A stretch of 64,000 nucleotides of DNA from Longimicrobiales bacterium (lineage in GTDB: Bacteria > Gemmatimonadota > Gemmatimonadetes > Longimicrobiales > Gaopeijiaceae): positions 1,184,001 to 1,248,000 of the forward strand of contig OZ250165.1 of the NCBI GenBank assembly GCA_965238005.1, written 5' to 3'. This document shows positions 48,232 through 57,905 of the stretch, piece after piece. Made by a program: the position numbers and the translations under genes. Numbering within the stretch: the first letter of the stretch is position 1; each line of letters opens with the position of its first letter. The notes under the pieces are model-generated. The model had not been told where the DNA came from. It saw nothing but the letters and a program-made list of their open reading frames with translations, and did no database searches.

Positions 48232-50477
48232 CAGGTCATCTCCTTCCAGCGCGCCTCGGCTCTGCGTCGCCGACCGGTGACGCGGACCGTGCCTCCCAGG
48301 ACGAAGAGCAACGGCACGCCCACCAGATTCCCCCACTTCAGGGCCGTCTTCTGGAAGTCGGACGTGAACGACATGGCCGGCGGCGTTCGCGTCTTGGAGC
48401 GGATGCCGATGAGCGCCTCGTCCTGGGCGAGCCAATCTATGGCGTTGGCGGCGAAGATCAGGTTCTGCGGGTTGGAGCGGATGAACTGCTCCTGCAGGAA
48501 GTCCACGTCCCCCACCACGATCATGCGGCCGGTCTTGGCCGCTTCACCGTTTTCGGCTCCACCGTCTTCCGCCACACGCGCGTCCAGGGCCACGGCGAGC
48601 GTCACGGTCCGCAGGTCGTCCGGATCGGGCTCCGGCAGGGCCTCGGGCATGATCATTCCACCGGACGGCTGGACGTACCCCGCCTCCGAGGTGACCCAGA
48701 GCCGTCGGACTGTCGCGCTGTCAGTGACCGTGATGGCCGTGGCCCAACCCACGCTCAAGTTGTTCAGATCCCGGGTCGTCGGGTGGTCATCTCCCTTGAG
48801 AGCGATGGGCCAGAGAGGGTAGGGGCGCACCAGGTTGAAGATGCCCTGCCTACCCATGGAGATGGTGGAGTTGGAGCTATAGTCCATGGCCATCCCGGCA
48901 TCCATCCGGATCCCGTTCTCCTCCAGGAAGCCCTCCAGCCCCGTGCTGACCGGGCTCGTGATGGGTGACTGGGGCGAGACCTGGTTGTTGTCCAGGAGGA
49001 GGAGGGCGGCTCCGCCCCCCTCGACGTACGAGCGCACACTCTGGATCGACTCGTCGGACATGGTCTGGTCCGGCCCGGCCAGGACGATGATATCCAGGGT
49101 GTCAGGATCCAGCTCCGGGATGGTGTCGCCGGAAAGGTCGGCCCGCCCGATCTCGTACCGGTCCACCAGGCCCTGCTGGAGTGACGGATACGTGGTCGCG
49201 CCCTCCGCCCCAAAGCCCGTGAGGAACGTCACCCTCGGCTTCACCTCCGTGGTCATGGAAGAGATGCTCGAGAGGACGCGGAACTCGAGGTCGTCGGTCC
49301 GAGCGATGTAGGGGATGACCTCGCGCTCGTCGGCGTACAGGAGGGCGAGGCCGAACCAGCCACGCCGGACCTCGAACTCGTCGTCCCGGAGGATGTTGAA
49401 CTCGTTTCGTGTGATGCCGAGGGCTCGGGCCTCGGCGGCCACGTCTTCGTCGTCGTCAGGGTTCAGGTTCTCCACTATGAGCTGTCCCCTCGCGGCCCGA
49501 CGCAGATCGGACACCAGATCTCGCACGTCTCGGAGCGAAGGCACCAGCTCCGTAGGGAGCTCGTCGGATACGACCAGCTTGAGCGTGACGATGTCGTCCA
49601 GCTCGCCCAGGATCTGCCGGGTTCCGTCGGAGAGGGTGTAGAGGCCACCACTTGTCAGATCCAGGCGTCCCCGGATGTTGCCGCCCAAGAGGTTCACCAC
49701 GACGACCACGGCCACCAGGGCCGCGGTCCCGATCCGGAGGCGACGGTATGCCCTGCGGCCGAGCGCCAGACCCTCTCGGCTCAAGAGACCGGTGGCCAGG
49801 ACCAGGAACAGGGCTGTGGTGGACAGGAAGTAGATGATGTCCCGCAGGTCGACCACACCCCGGGCCACGTTGGTGAAGTGCCCGACCACGGACAGGCGGG
49901 AGACAGCGGCTCCCAACACGGGTGGCAGGCCGATGAGAACGACTGGAGTGCCGATCAGCACCAGGAAGAACGACGCCGATGCCGCCACCATGAACGCGGT
50001 GATCTGGTTCCGGGTGAGACTGGAGGCCCAAAGGCCCACGGCTACGCCCTGCGCCGCCAGCAGACCAGCGCCGATGTACTCCGCCACCATGATGCCGGCG
50101 TCGGCCTCGGATACCATGAGCAGTCCGACCGCCGTGGGCACGCTGCCCGCCAGCGCGATGAGCGCGAAGATCCAGTTCCCGATGAACTTGCCCGCGATGA
50201 CTTCGGCCTCACCGAGGGGGTGGGCCAGGAGCCACTCCAGGGTGCCGCTCCGCCGTTCCTCGGCCAGCGAGCGCATGGTCATGGCCGGGATGAAGACGGC
50301 GAAGAGCCAGGGCAGCATGTCGAAGAAGGGGCGCATGGTGGCGATCCCCGCCGCGTACAGCGTGCGGAAGGTCAGGAAGAGCCCCAGGCCCAGGAACGCC
50401 ACCACCAGGATGTAGGCGGTGGGATGGTCGAAAAAGGTCCCGATCTCTCGTCGAGCCACATTCCAGGCCCGCTTCAT
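48231..50477 (-). CDS. Fused GldF-like ABC-2 permease and GldG-like auxiliary protein
   Basis: TMRSLAEERRSGTLEWLL, SSLTRNQI, GVVDLRD; then RLDLT..GLYTLSDGT, GRMIVVGD and NAIDWLAQDEALIGIRSK. Confidence 0.88.
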   Translation of the reverse strand: MKRAWNVARREIGTFFDHPTAYILVVAFLGLGLFLTFRTLYAAGIATMRPFFDMLPWLFAVFIPAMTMRSLAEERRSGTLEWLLAHPLGEAEVIAGKFIGNWIFALIALAGSVPTAVGLLMVSEADAGIMVAEYIGAGLLAAQGVAVGLWASSLTRNQITAFMVAASASFFLVLIGTPVVLIGLPPVLGAAVSRLSVVGHFTNVARGVVDLRDIIYFLSTTALFLVLATGLLSREGLALGRRAYRRLRIGTAALVAVVVVVNLLGGNIRGRLDLTSGGLYTLSDGTRQILGELDDIVTLKLVVSDELPTELVPSLRDVRDLVSDLRRAARGQLIVENLNPDDDEDVAAEARALGITRNEFNILRDDEFEVRRGWFGLALLYADEREVIPYIARTDDLEFRVLSSISSMTTEVKPRVTFLTGFGAEGATTYPSLQQGLVDRYEIGRADLSGDTIPELDPDTLDIIVLAGPDQTMSDESIQSVRSYVEGGGAALLLLDNNQVSPQSPITSPVSTGLEGFLEENGIRMDAGMAMDYSSNSTISMGRQGIFNLVRPYPLWPIALKGDDHPTTRDLNNLSVGWATAITVTDSATVRRLWVTSEAGYVQPSGGMIMPEALPEPDPDDLRTVTLAVALDARVAEDGGAENGEAAKTGRMIVVGDVDFLQEQFIRSNPQNLIFAANAIDWLAQDEALIGIRSKTRTPPAMSFTSDFQKTALKWGNLVGVPLLFVLGGTVRVTGRRRRAEARWKEMT

Positions 50478-51493
50478 GACCGCACCTCCCCGTCATCGTC
50501 GTCGGTCGGATCGTCGGGGGCGCCGGCGGTCGGCTCCTCCGTCGACGCCGCGTCGCCGTCCCCGGTCTCGGCGGTCAGGTCGCGGAAGATCTGCTCCAGC
50601 GTGGCCCGCTCGCGGTGCAGCTCCCACAGCACCCACTGCTTCTCCGTGGCCATGCGGAAGATCTCGGGCCGAAGCTCCGCGTCGCCGGCCACCGACAGGC
50701 GCACGCGGGTGCGGTCTTCCAGATCCTCCGAGGTGTGCGAGTCGACTCCGGGAAGGCGGCTCAGGGCCTCGGCGACCCCCTGGCCGGCGGCCTCCACTAC
50801 GTATTGCGAGAGGCCACCGGCGGCGGCCAGCAGGTCGGTGACCGCTCCGTCCGCCACCAACTTGCCGCGGCTGATGATGATGAGCCGCGTGCAGGTAGCC
50901 TCGACCTCCTGCATGACGTGTGTGCTCAGGAGGACCGTACGCTCGCGGCCCAGGGCGCTGATGAGCTTCCGTATGTCCACGCGCTGGTTGGGGTCGAGGC
51001 CTTCGGTGGGCTCGTCGAGGACCAGGATCTCGGGATGGTGCAGGATGGCTGCGGCGAGGCCGACGCGCTGGCGGTATCCCTTGGAGAGCTCCGAGACCCG
51101 CCGGAAGAACACCTCGGCGGCGCCCGTCTCGTCGACGGCGTCGGAGATGGCTGACCGGGCGGAGGCCCCTTCCAGCATCCTCAGGCGGGCTGTGTACTCC
51201 AGATACTCCGCCACCAGCATCTCGTCGTAGAGCGGATTCGCCTCGGGCAGATACCCCACACGCTTCTTCGCGCCGGTCAGGTCCTGAACTATGGACACCC
51301 CGTCGAACAGCACCCGGCCCTCATCGGGCTCCAGCGTGCCCGTCAGCATCCTCATGGTCGTGGTCTTCCCGGCTCCGTTTGGCCCCAGAAAGCCCACGAC
51401 TTCACCCCGGTCGATCTCGAAGTCGAGGTCCCGAACCGCGACGAGATCACCAAATCGCTTCGTCACCCCTTCAACGGCGATCATCCCTACCAT
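50474..51493 (-). CDS. ABC transporter ATP-binding protein (GldA-like)
   Basis: GPNGAGKTT, LSKGYRQRVG, ILVLDEPT and STH motifs. Confidence 0.95.
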   Translation of the reverse strand: MVGMIAVEGVTKRFGDLVAVRDLDFEIDRGEVVGFLGPNGAGKTTTMRMLTGTLEPDEGRVLFDGVSIVQDLTGAKKRVGYLPEANPLYDEMLVAEYLEYTARLRMLEGASARSAISDAVDETGAAEVFFRRVSELSKGYRQRVGLAAAILHHPEILVLDEPTEGLDPNQRVDIRKLISALGRERTVLLSTHVMQEVEATCTRLIIISRGKLVADGAVTDLLAAAGGLSQYVVEAAGQGVAEALSRLPGVDSHTSEDLEDRTRVRLSVAGDAELRPEIFRMATEKQWVLWELHRERATLEQIFRDLTAETGDGDAASTEEPTAGAPDDPTDDDDGEVRS

Positions 51494-51801
51494 GCCTCCT
51501 AGTGTGGTGTCCCAGAACCATACGGTCTTGCCGGCCGCGAAGAGTCTAAGAGACGCCCGAGGGCTTGTCCAGCGCCGTCTTGCAGAAGCCGCTCGGATCG
51601 GGTTTCCAGGCCTCTAGAGGGCGACTTCGCGGCCCTTGATCAGTCGCGTCCGGGGGTCGTCGGGTTGCCCGGACCCGGATTCGGTGATGTCAGGGGCTCG
51701 CGCCCTCGGCGTCGGCATCGACCAGACCGCCGGATCCGGGATACTTGTGCGCGCGGGCTGGATGGGGGAGTATGGGTCAGTTCATTCAAGTGGGATCCGT
51801 C

Positions 51802-54800
51802 ATGGCAAACATCCTGCCTGCCCTTCCCCTCGTCGGACGGACCGAGGAGCTCGGTTTTCTCGGGAACGCCCTCGCCAATGCTGGTGCCGGGACCGGTGGA
51901 GCCGTCTTCCTGAGGGGCACCACGGGCATAGGCAAGTCTCGCCTCGCGGTCGCTGCGGCCGAAGAGGCGAATCGGCTCGGTTTAGTCACGGTGCGGGGGC
52001 AGGCGTACAAGGTCGAGACGGGCATCCCCTACGGGCTCTGGTCCAACGCCTTTCTGCCCGTCGTCCGGGAGATGGACGCCTCCGCCCTCTCGGTGCGCAC
52101 CCGGGGTGGTGAAGGGGAGCTGGTCCGGGTCGTGCCCGCCCTCGGAAGCGGAGCCGGTCAGTCCTCCGGGGTGGGTGAGGGGGAGCCAGGAGAGCTCCAG
52201 ACGCGGATCCACTGGAACTTCACCGAGTTCCTTCGCCGGCTGGGCGAAAGGAAGCCCGTCCTCGTCGTCCTGGACGACGTTCACTGGAGCGACCCTTCCG
52301 GCCTGGACCTGCTCCATTTCGCGACCCGTCATCTCGACGGCTCCTCTGTGCTGGTGGTCTGCACCTACAACGTCGAGAGCAAGGTCGAAAATCCCGGCTT
52401 CGAGGCCATGGAGACTGCCCTCGTCTCCGTGCAGAACGCGCGGGTCCTGGACGTCGGCCCCATCTCGGCGGAGGCTTCGGGTGAGCGCATCCGGCGCGTT
52501 TTCGACGTGGAGCCCGGCATCTCCGACGGGTTGGCCGCGCGCATCCACGGGCGGACCGGAGGTAATCCGTACTTCGTCGGGGAGATCCTGAAGGCTCTCG
52601 TGGATTCGGGAAGCCTCTACCTCCGGGGCGGTACCTGGCTGGGGTGGGAGGTGGATGACCTGGACCTGCCGGACTCGGTGGGCGCGGCTGTGGCCGCTCG
52701 TCTCGGCGAGTTGTCGCCAGCGGCCCGGCAGGTGGCCCATGTGCTGGCCGTGGCAGGAACGAGCGCGACCCATGAGCTGTTCGGAGCGGTGGCGGATTTG
52801 GAGGAGGACGCCCTCCTAGGCGGCATCGACGAGCTTCGGGCGAAGCAGCTCGTGGAGGAGTCGGCCGAGGGGAGCGACATCGTTTATCGCTTCTCCCACC
52901 CGCTCATCCAGGAAGTCCTCTACTCCGAGATCGGCCTCGCCCGTGCCCGAAGCCTCCACCGTACCGTGGGAGAGGCGCTCGAGCGGGGAGTCGGTAGTGC
53001 ACTCGATGACCGAACGCACCAGTTGGCGCACCACTTCTCTCTCGCCGGAGGCAATGATACGAGAGTGATTCGTTACCTGTCCGCCGCCGGACGAGAGGCC
53101 CTCTCTCGCCGGGCCGATCGCGAGGCCGTGGCCTTCCTGGGTGACGCTCTGTCTCGCGTTGCCGGGGACGGTGGGGACGGCGGCGACGGGGCTGCGGATC
53201 TTGACGTGTTGTCCTTGCGGGAGGATCTGGCCCGGGCGCTCCAACGCTCCGGGGACTACGGCGCGGCCGCTGAGCACTGGCAGGTGGCGCTGGCTCTGAC
53301 CCTCGAGAGGGGAGAGGGCGCCCGGGCCGCCCGACTCCACGGCCGCATCGGGCAGGGCGCCTACTTCCGTGGGCATTACGAGGATGCCCTGGCGGCGTAC
53401 GAGCTCGGTCTGGAGAGGGCGGTGGCGGCGAAAGACCCCGTGGTCGAGGCGCACCTGCGGCTTCACAAGGGGAATGCACTGCAGTCCTTGGGGCGGGCCA
53501 AGGAGGCCCAGGAGGAGATGGAAACCGCGCTGGAGCTGGCCGAATCGGTCTCCGACCCCGGCCTCCTCGCCAGAGTCCACCGGGGGCTGATGATCCTCTA
53601 CACCTATCTGGGAAATCCCGAGAAGGTTCGCGAGCATGGACGTGAGGCCATCCCACTCTCCCGGGCCGCCGGGGACGCACACGTCACCTACTGGGTGTAC
53701 TGGCAGCTCGCGGTCCTCGAGGGGTTCCTGGGCTACACGGAGACGATGGAGGAGCACATCCACCGCTGCCAGGAGCTGGCCGAGGAGCTCCGATCGCCGG
53801 TGCTGGAGCTCTGGACCGCCGAGATCTTCATCGAGCACGCGGCGAGCGCGGGCCGTTGGGACACGGGGATCGCCCTGGGAGAGCGGGCCGTCGCCAAGGC
53901 CCGAGTGCTCGGTCAGGAAGCCCTGCTGCCCCGTCTCCTGGTCTTCCTCTCCCTGATCTATCTCGGCCGGGGCGAGATAGAGCGCGGTAAGGCGTGCGTC
54001 GACGAGGCCTGGGAGCGGTCGGGTGCGGCGGTAGGTGATATGCTCCGGGTGCACCTGGTGGTGCCCGCGCATATCGGCAAAGCGGCCTACCACGTGGCCG
54101 AGGGCGAGTACGAGGAGGCGATCCGGGTGGGGGAGGAGGGACTCGCCATCGCCGAGAACTCAGGCTTCATCGTCTGGGCGGTCCACCGCCTCCTGCCCCT
54201 CATCTTGGAGGCGTACGTCATGCTCGATGACGCCCCCGGGGCGGCGCACATCGAGCAACGCCTGAACAAATACGGGCAGCGCATGGGCAACCGGCTGGCC
54301 ATGGCCTGGAGCAAGGCGTTCGAGGGCATCAAGGTGTGGCACGCCGGTGACATCGAGGGGTCCACTGTGCTCTTGGGAGAAGCCGCGGAGGCGCTGGAGG
54401 CGCTGCCCATGATCTTCGACGGGGCCCGCGTGAGACGACAGCTGGCCGGGCGGTTGGCGGACCTGGGGGACCGGGAGGGGGCTCTGCGTGAGCTCCGGCA
54501 CGTCCACGACGCGTTTCTGAAGATGAAGGCCGAGGGTGAGCTGCAGAAGACGAGGGTCATGTTCCGGGAGTTGGATGTGCGCCCACCGAGCATGTCGGCC
54601 GGTGTTGGGGCGGGCGGGCTCACCCGGCGTGAGCTCGAGATCGTCCGGCTCGTGGCGATGGGTAGGTCCGACAAAGCGGTGGCCAAGGAGCTGGACATCG
54701 CCCGGCGCACCGTAAGCACGCACCTCTCCAACATGTACCGGAAGCTGGAGCTCGGCTCGAGGGGTGAGCTGGTGGCCTACGTTGCGGAGAACAATCTCCT

Positions 54801-54822
54801 CGCCCAGGAGCAGGGGGGCTGA
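51802..54822 (+). CDS. STAND AAA ATPase-TPR-LuxR HTH regulator (MalT/LAL-like)
   Basis: LVGRTEEL, GTTGIGKS, VVLDDVHW, TGGNPYF, FSHPLIQ, helical repeats and a C-terminal LTRRELEI...TVSTHLSNMYRKL. Confidence 0.92.
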   Translation: MANILPALPLVGRTEELGFLGNALANAGAGTGGAVFLRGTTGIGKSRLAVAAAEEANRLGLVTVRGQAYKVETGIPYGLWSNAFLPVVREMDASALSVRTRGGEGELVRVVPALGSGAGQSSGVGEGEPGELQTRIHWNFTEFLRRLGERKPVLVVLDDVHWSDPSGLDLLHFATRHLDGSSVLVVCTYNVESKVENPGFEAMETALVSVQNARVLDVGPISAEASGERIRRVFDVEPGISDGLAARIHGRTGGNPYFVGEILKALVDSGSLYLRGGTWLGWEVDDLDLPDSVGAAVAARLGELSPAARQVAHVLAVAGTSATHELFGAVADLEEDALLGGIDELRAKQLVEESAEGSDIVYRFSHPLIQEVLYSEIGLARARSLHRTVGEALERGVGSALDDRTHQLAHHFSLAGGNDTRVIRYLSAAGREALSRRADREAVAFLGDALSRVAGDGGDGGDGAADLDVLSLREDLARALQRSGDYGAAAEHWQVALALTLERGEGARAARLHGRIGQGAYFRGHYEDALAAYELGLERAVAAKDPVVEAHLRLHKGNALQSLGRAKEAQEEMETALELAESVSDPGLLARVHRGLMILYTYLGNPEKVREHGREAIPLSRAAGDAHVTYWVYWQLAVLEGFLGYTETMEEHIHRCQELAEELRSPVLELWTAEIFIEHAASAGRWDTGIALGERAVAKARVLGQEALLPRLLVFLSLIYLGRGEIERGKACVDEAWERSGAAVGDMLRVHLVVPAHIGKAAYHVAEGEYEEAIRVGEEGLAIAENSGFIVWAVHRLLPLILEAYVMLDDAPGAAHIEQRLNKYGQRMGNRLAMAWSKAFEGIKVWHAGDIEGSTVLLGEAAEALEALPMIFDGARVRRQLAGRLADLGDREGALRELRHVHDAFLKMKAEGELQKTRVMFRELDVRPPSMSAGVGAGGLTRRELEIVRLVAMGRSDKAVAKELDIARRTVSTHLSNMYRKLELGSRGELVAYVAENNLLAQEQGG

Positions 54823-55235
54823 TCGCCACGGGCACGCCCCGGCAGCTCGATCGAGCCGTAGCCGAAGGAACCCGCGCGGCGGCGCTCGGGGTCATCGCCA
54901 GCGCGCTCCTGGCTACCACGAAGATCGCCGCCGGCATCTTCGGAAACTCGTTCGCGTTGGTGGCCGACGGCGTCGAGTCGGTCCTCGACATCTTCAGCGG
55001 CCTCCTCGTCTGGGGAGGGCTTCGAGTCAGCGCGATCCCTCAGACCGAACGGTATCCCTACGGGCTCGGAAAGGCGGAGCCGTTGGCGTCGTTGGTGGTC
55101 TCGACGGTGCTGCTCATGGCCGCAGCTGGGATCGCGGTGGGGGCCGTGCAGGAGATCGTCACCCCTCACCAAGGCCCGGCGGCCTTTACGCTGCTGGTCC
55201 TGGTCGGGGTCGTGGTCACCAAGGAGGCCATGGCC
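54819..55235 (+). pseudogene. Cation diffusion facilitator N-terminal remnant
   Basis: KIAAGIFGNSFALVADGVES..D and YPYGLGKAEPL; truncated after the first TM helices; no ATG at the expected start. Confidence 0.75.
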
Positions 55236-55261
55236 CTGAAGGCGTACTGCCTCTCCGGGCG

Positions 55262-55708
55262 TCAGTCCTGGAGGTCCTCTTCCAGGGCTTGGACACCGAG
55301 CTGGGCCTCTTGCAACCGTCCGGGCATGACCCTCTCCACGCGCTCCAGGAAGGCAGACGAGGTGACAATCGCCAAGACCTGCTCATCCGAGAGTGCGATC
55401 TCAGCCGAGCGACCGCTGTCGCACCGTATCTTCACGGTGGTGGGAGCATAGATGCCCGATGTCAGCACTCCCACCAGTAGGTTAAGGAATGATTGCTCGT
55501 TGTGGATGGTGGCGTTGCCGGAGGGGCACAGCAGCTCCACGTCGAGGTTCTTGTGTCCGATGAGGCCGCCCAGCCAGTGATTGTGCCATTCTTCGTAGAC
55601 GACCGGGCCGGCCGGTGCGCCCTGCCCGACCGTATAGGTGTGCTCGTAACAGCCCGTGGTGACGATGACCAGGCCCACCGTCACCGCCACTCGTCCCATC
55701 TGGATCAT
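55262..55708 (-). CDS. Bor/Iss family lipoprotein
   Basis: Lipobox TTGC; HWLGGLI...CPSG...QSFLN......T.GIYAP..V.I.C pattern. Confidence 0.75.
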   Translation of the reverse strand: MIQMGRVAVTVGLVIVTTGCYEHTYTVGQGAPAGPVVYEEWHNHWLGGLIGHKNLDVELLCPSGNATIHNEQSFLNLLVGVLTSGIYAPTTVKIRCDSGRSAEIALSDEQVLAIVTSSAFLERVERVMPGRLQEAQLGVQALEEDLQD

Positions 55709-55819
55709 TTCGTCTTTCCCTGAGAGTAGAGTCCTGAACTTGAACGGACTGAGACGTCCGATTCTGTCCTTGGACGGGAGCGCTGGCAGGAAGTCGGCGT
55801 CCCGTCGGGGCACAGCAGA

Positions 55820-55835
55820 AGCAACCCCCGTGCCA
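55820..55835 (-). promoter_or_regulatory. Sigma54 (-24/-12) promoter
   Basis: TGGCACGGGGGTTGCT matches TGGCACG-N4-TTGCW exactly, about 110 bp upstream of the Bor-like gene. Confidence 0.7.
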
Positions 55836-56096
55836 AACCCTCCGGACGCGGCAATCTGTTGTCGTAATTGAATTTACTAGGATGATCGTGATGGGAAAAC
55901 CGTCGACGCTTGTCCTCTCCAGAGTACAGCGAACACGGTTCGAGGCGTGAGGGGTCGGAATCCATCGCTCTCGTCCGACCCGAAGGTCTCGACGTGCACG
56001 GCGCTTCGAAACTGGACGGCGGACCGGGCCCGGGTCATCTTGGGGCTTCCCTCGAAGACCCTCTGGCCCCGACACGCCGTCATGGGAGAGACCGCC

Positions 56097-57713
56097 ATGG
56101 ATTGGAGATCGCCGGGAGCCCCGTCCCTCACCGCCCTCCTCCTCGTCACCGTCATGGGGAGTGCGTCCGGCCAGGCGAGCTCGGATCCGGAGATGCCCGA
56201 GAGCTTCAAGGAGCCCATGCCCCTCTTCACAAAGGGGCTCGGGCCTTTCTCGCGGAGCATCACCACCGACTCCCCCGAGGCCCAGTCGTTCTTCGACCAG
56301 GGCATCCAGCTGATGTACGCGTTTACGCCCGAAGACGCGGCGCGCTCCTTCCGCGAGGCGCAGCTCAGGGACCCCGAGTGCGCCATGTGCTACTGGGGAG
56401 AGGCATGGGCGTGGGGTCCCTACCTGAACGGGCCCATGGGTCCAGGATCTCTTCCCAGGGCCCAGGCCGCAATGAAGAAGGCCCTGGAGCTCGCACCCGA
56501 CCACACCGACGCGGTGGAGCGCGACCTCATCGAGACCATGGCGATCCGTTACGTCGATCGCACGGATCGCACTCCGCAGATCAAGGTGGACACGACCTAC
56601 GCCGAGGCCATGGCGAGGGTCTACGCCGATCACCCCAATGACCTGGAGGCCGGCTTTCTCTATGGGGAAAGCCTCATGCTTCTGGAGCCCAGGCGGGGGA
56701 GCTGGGACGTCGAGCGGGCCGAGATCCAGCGCATCCACGGCATCCTGGAGGACGCGCTCGCCCAGGACATCACCCATCCGGGCGTCTGTCATCTGTATGT
56801 CCACGCCACCGAGTCGACCGTGAGGCCCGACAAGGCCGAGGCGTGCGCCGATCACCTGGGCAGCTCCATCCCGGGAGCCAGCCACATCAACCACATGCCG
56901 TCCCACACCTATAACCGGGTGGGGCGCTGGCCGGAGGCCGTGCGGGCGAATCTCCAGGCCTTCCACTCCGATCAGGCGGCGGAGTATGGGGAAGGATTCG
57001 CCATCTACCCGTCCCACAACCTGCACATGCTCCTCTTCGCGGCCTCCATGGGCGGACAGGGCGCCATCGCCATCCAGGCGGGAAGGGACTACGCCAAGTC
57101 CACGGGGGGCGCGAAGTACTACGAGGTCCTGACGAAGCTGCGCTTCGGTCGCTTTGACGAGATCCTCGAGATGGAGAACGAAGCGGACAACCCGGTCTTC
57201 AAGGGCTTCGGGGACTTCGGTCACGGCTACGCCCATCTCCGTATGGGGCACGTCGACGTGGCCCGTGAGTTCCTGGACGCCGTGGAGACGGGTGCCCGTG
57301 AGGGCGAAGAGGCGGCCTTCCGTGGTCACTCGGCGGCGGACCTCCTGGGTGTCGTCGGGGGGATCCTGAAGGGTGAGATCCTCCGGGAGGAGGGGAGCCT
57401 GGACGAGGCCATCGACGCGCTGGAGAAGGCGGTGGAGATCGAAGACGGACTCCGCTACGACGAACCCGAGCCCCTGAACTTCTCGGCCCGGGACTGGCTG
57501 GGGGCGGTCCTCCTCGAGGCGTGGCGGCCCGGCGAAGCCGAGGAGGTCTACCGGGCCGCCCTGGCCGATCATCCGCACAACGGATGGTCGCTCTTCGGGC
57601 TCGAGCAGGCCCTCCGTGCCCAGGGTCGCACTGCCGAGGCGGATGAGACACGAAAGGCCTTCGAAGCCGCGTGGGCTCGCGCCGACGTCTGGATCAGGGC
57701 GTCTCGCTTCTAG
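56097..57713 (+). CDS. Exported TPR protein with His-rich motifs
   Basis: Signal peptide; FFDQG, CAMCYWGEAW, HPGVCHLYVH, HINHMPSH, YPSHN; C-terminal TPRs. Confidence 0.85.
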   Translation: MDWRSPGAPSLTALLLVTVMGSASGQASSDPEMPESFKEPMPLFTKGLGPFSRSITTDSPEAQSFFDQGIQLMYAFTPEDAARSFREAQLRDPECAMCYWGEAWAWGPYLNGPMGPGSLPRAQAAMKKALELAPDHTDAVERDLIETMAIRYVDRTDRTPQIKVDTTYAEAMARVYADHPNDLEAGFLYGESLMLLEPRRGSWDVERAEIQRIHGILEDALAQDITHPGVCHLYVHATESTVRPDKAEACADHLGSSIPGASHINHMPSHTYNRVGRWPEAVRANLQAFHSDQAAEYGEGFAIYPSHNLHMLLFAASMGGQGAIAIQAGRDYAKSTGGAKYYEVLTKLRFGRFDEILEMENEADNPVFKGFGDFGHGYAHLRMGHVDVAREFLDAVETGAREGEEAAFRGHSAADLLGVVGGILKGEILREEGSLDEAIDALEKAVEIEDGLRYDEPEPLNFSARDWLGAVLLEAWRPGEAEEVYRAALADHPHNGWSLFGLEQALRAQGRTAEADETRKAFEAAWARADVWIRASRF

Positions 57714-57905
57714 TGTCCCGTTACCAAAGTGTCTCGGCCAGTCGAGGGCAGGGTGCATCCGTGGGCTCGGCGTTGGGCCTCCTTACGACCACGCTTCGCG
57801 CGGTGCCCGCTTGCTCGACGCCGCGTCGTTCCGCCTTGATCCCACGGCGCCCCGACCCTCTTGGTGGCTCGCGAACTTCGGAAATGGAACACTAGGCGGC
57901 TCAGA

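Noticed and set aside
51802..54822. Avs-type antiviral STAND defence protein
   Set aside because: It has a C-terminal LuxR HTH and no N-terminal nuclease or other effector domain, which indicates a transcription regulator.
55482..57758. Long antisense ORFs (also 7244-9022, 45708-47141, 59519-61168)
   Set aside because: These are shadow frames of real genes caused by high GC3, with no recognisable motifs.
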